Shown here: one piece after another, positions 60,020 through 64,000 of the stretch
Position numbering within the stretch: position 1 is the stretch's first letter
Layout: each line of letters opens with the position of its first letter
NCBI RefSeq assembly: GCF_009914755.1
Contig: NC_060925.1
Reading direction: 5' to 3' (one strand)
Source: the human T2T-CHM13v2.0 reference genome, Homo sapiens
Length of the DNA: 64,000 nt
The notes under the pieces: generated by a model
Databases searched by the model: none
Told to the model about the DNA's origin: nothing
Seen by the model: the letters and a program-made list of their open reading frames with translations, nothing else
Made by a program: the position numbers and the translations under genes

Positions 60020-60560
60020 TGTCTTAGTTCAAGGCCATGTGGTTGCAAGGAACAGAAACCCTCTCAAGCCAGCTCAAGGAAAAGGAGGTTTATTGGAAGG
60101 TTATAACAGACAATCTGGTAAACATCCAAGGAGAGGGTAAAATGTGGGAGAGACAGGCTGCCTCTCACCTGCATCACTCCTTCCAGGGGCAGCACAGTTC
60201 CTTATCACCACTTCTCTCTGTGCAGCTGGGCTTTCTCTCTGAAGACTAGCTGCTTCTGCTTCCACATGGTCACTCATGGCTCCAAATGGCCTCAACTCTC
60301 TGTGAGCTTATGGCGTAGCTGCTTCGTAGCTACTGTTTCTCAGAGTCCTAAACCCCATTCCAGGGAGAGAGAGTCCAGTTGCCCTGGATTGAACACCTTG
60401 TCAACCCCTGGTGCCATCACCTGTGGACAAGATGACGAGGTCATGAGCCGTGTGTGGCTGCCCAGCCACATGCCCTCAGAAGGGACTGTGGATGGGACAC
60501 AATCCCAAAGAAAGAACTATGACTGGGCAGGCACCCCAAAACATGTCCGTGGTAGTGCAA
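60020..60560 (-). mobile_element. Old MLT1-type LTR
   Basis: tgtcttagttc...ggttgcaaggaacagaaacc...gaggtttattggaagg. Confidence 0.5.
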
Positions 60561-61029
60561 AGCACTGAACACACACTCCAGCTCTCAACTGACGTGAGTT
60601 CCATCTTTTCCAACCACCTTTTCATCTACTAGCTCAGAGTCCTCTGGCTCCATAATAAATACATCTCCAGCTTGGTTCTTATCTTCACACCAGTCAATAC
60701 TTTAAGTTGCCTGCGGCATATTTCCAACACGTTTATCCTACTATTTCTTCAAATTCAACCTAGGAAAAGCTGGATTACTCTTCCTTCAGAAACTGGCTCC
60801 TTTCTGTCAAGTTCCTGCCTCTGACACAACCTGACTCTTCCAGGCAGCCTCATGCTGAGCCCTTGGATCTGTGATCGGCCATCTCAGGGCCTTGGGAAGA
60901 GGTCTTTGCCTCCCTGTCATCTGCCTCCACTGTTGGTCTCCATGTTAACACATGGCACAGCAGAGCAAGACAGCTGAGGTACTTTGGAGTCAGACAAACC
61001 TGGGTTTGATCCCCGCTCTGCCTCTTAAT

Positions 61030-61725
<696 letters not shown>

Positions 61726-61980
61726 TAAGTGTCCCTGTATGTCCAGTGGTGATAATTATAGTTTCTGCCTTACAGGGTTGTCATAAGAACTGATAAAATG
61801 CATGTAAAGCCTGCAGATCCACATTTTCTCAGTGATTGATTAGTTTCCAGCAATGTGCCAAGAAAACAAAGATAAGTAAGATATGCTCCCTGGTTTTAAT
61901 AAACCTGAAGTTTCTTGACAAGTCTGTGTCAAACATGGTAATACCTTTCTTACTCCCTGCCTGACGAGGCCCTTCTGGCA

Positions 61981-62110
61981 ATACATTATTAAAATTAATG
62001 GTTAATTGTATTATATAACATTAATTATATGTAAGTATATATTATATGTAATATGTAAGTGTATATTATATATAATATATAATTATATATAACTAGTCTC
62101 TAGTTATAAG
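61981..62110. repeat. AT-rich low-complexity (TA)n-like tract
   Basis: Almost only A/T; attatat repeats. Confidence 0.85.
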
Positions 62111-62437
62111 AGCAATTTGTGATTTTTTAGAAAACACAGGGGAGGGTTAGAATCACCCTAATTCCTCCATTGTGGTAGAATTCATTCCTTCCAGATATGC
62201 TGCTTGGCAACGATTATATCACACATCACATACGTCTGGATCAAGTGTTACTTTGCAAGTATTCAGCTATGGCATTAAAGATCCTTTCAAGAACCCTTTT
62301 GAATGGCTTCTCTAGGTGACACAGCAAATGGTGAGTAGCGACACACATTTATCCTCTCCCCCATTATTAGAGATGTGGGTGGGTTTTTCTCTCAGTGATA
62401 AATAATGCAAAATAAACATTATTATTCAGGGGTTCAC

Positions 62438-62811
<374 letters not shown>

Positions 62812-62945
62812 TGAGCATTGGGGTACATTATTATCCCCATTGTACAGACAAGGAGATAGAGGGCTTGGCCAATTAAGCAGCTCCCCTAAGGTGGCCCAGA
62901 CTCCAGTGGCAGCCTCTGGGTTTGGATCCACATCTGTGTGAACTG

Positions 62946-63249
<304 letters not shown>

Positions 63250-63531
63250 TGTGTGAACTGTTAATACCACCCGGCTCAGCCTTGTCCATGGTTAGTGCCG
63301 TAAACTCGACTTCTTTTTGCAGTGCTGCTCTGAGTACTTTTCAAGGCTTTTTGTCCACACTGCAAACATGCTCTGCAGCCTCCGAAACAGTGTCCAGCCT
63401 GTAGTATGTGCCTGATAAATATCAAACTAATGACTGAAAACAGTGGCAGTATACGAGCTTGCCTTTTTCACTATGATAGTACCTACACTGGGGATTCTCG
63501 ATAAAGAAAAAAGACAGAAATGTTATTGTTA

Positions 63532-63966
<435 letters not shown>

Positions 63967-64000
63967 CTATCCATATTATTTGCCCTCATTGTCTATATCA

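Overview
Primate (human-like), Alu-rich genomic DNA with two known genes on the minus strand. The 5' part of GNL2 (nucleolar GTPase 2) is present: coding exons 1-6 at 12571->617, 212 codons, with a CpG-island promoter near 12.45-12.9 kb. RSPO1 is complete (R-spondin-1, 263 aa): five coding exons at 46410->29506, two non-coding 5' exons, a CpG island near 50.3-51.95 kb and poly(A) signals near 28.1 kb. All listed exon junctions were read by hand and keep the reading frame. The remainder is Alu, L1, L2, MIR, hAT/Tigger MITE and MLT LTR remnants. There is no CRISPR array, rRNA or tRNA. Most interesting signal: the non-repeat parts of the apparently intergenic interval between GNL2 and RSPO1 (~14.4-25.1 kb) read on the minus strand like a decayed multi-exon gene, with splice sites and a recurring [LMV]-G-[LVM]-P type motif. 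It is a candidate unitary pseudogene; this is inference and needs cross-species alignment. Other notable items are an Alu whose target-site duplication copied the GNL2 exon 5 splice donor, candidate poison exons in GNL2, tiled uORFs and a dual-use ATG in the RSPO1 5' UTR, a TAATCC motif array in an RSPO1 intron, and an RSPO1 poly(A) signal inside an antisense L2. Repeat family names are recognised by eye and repeat boundaries are approximate.
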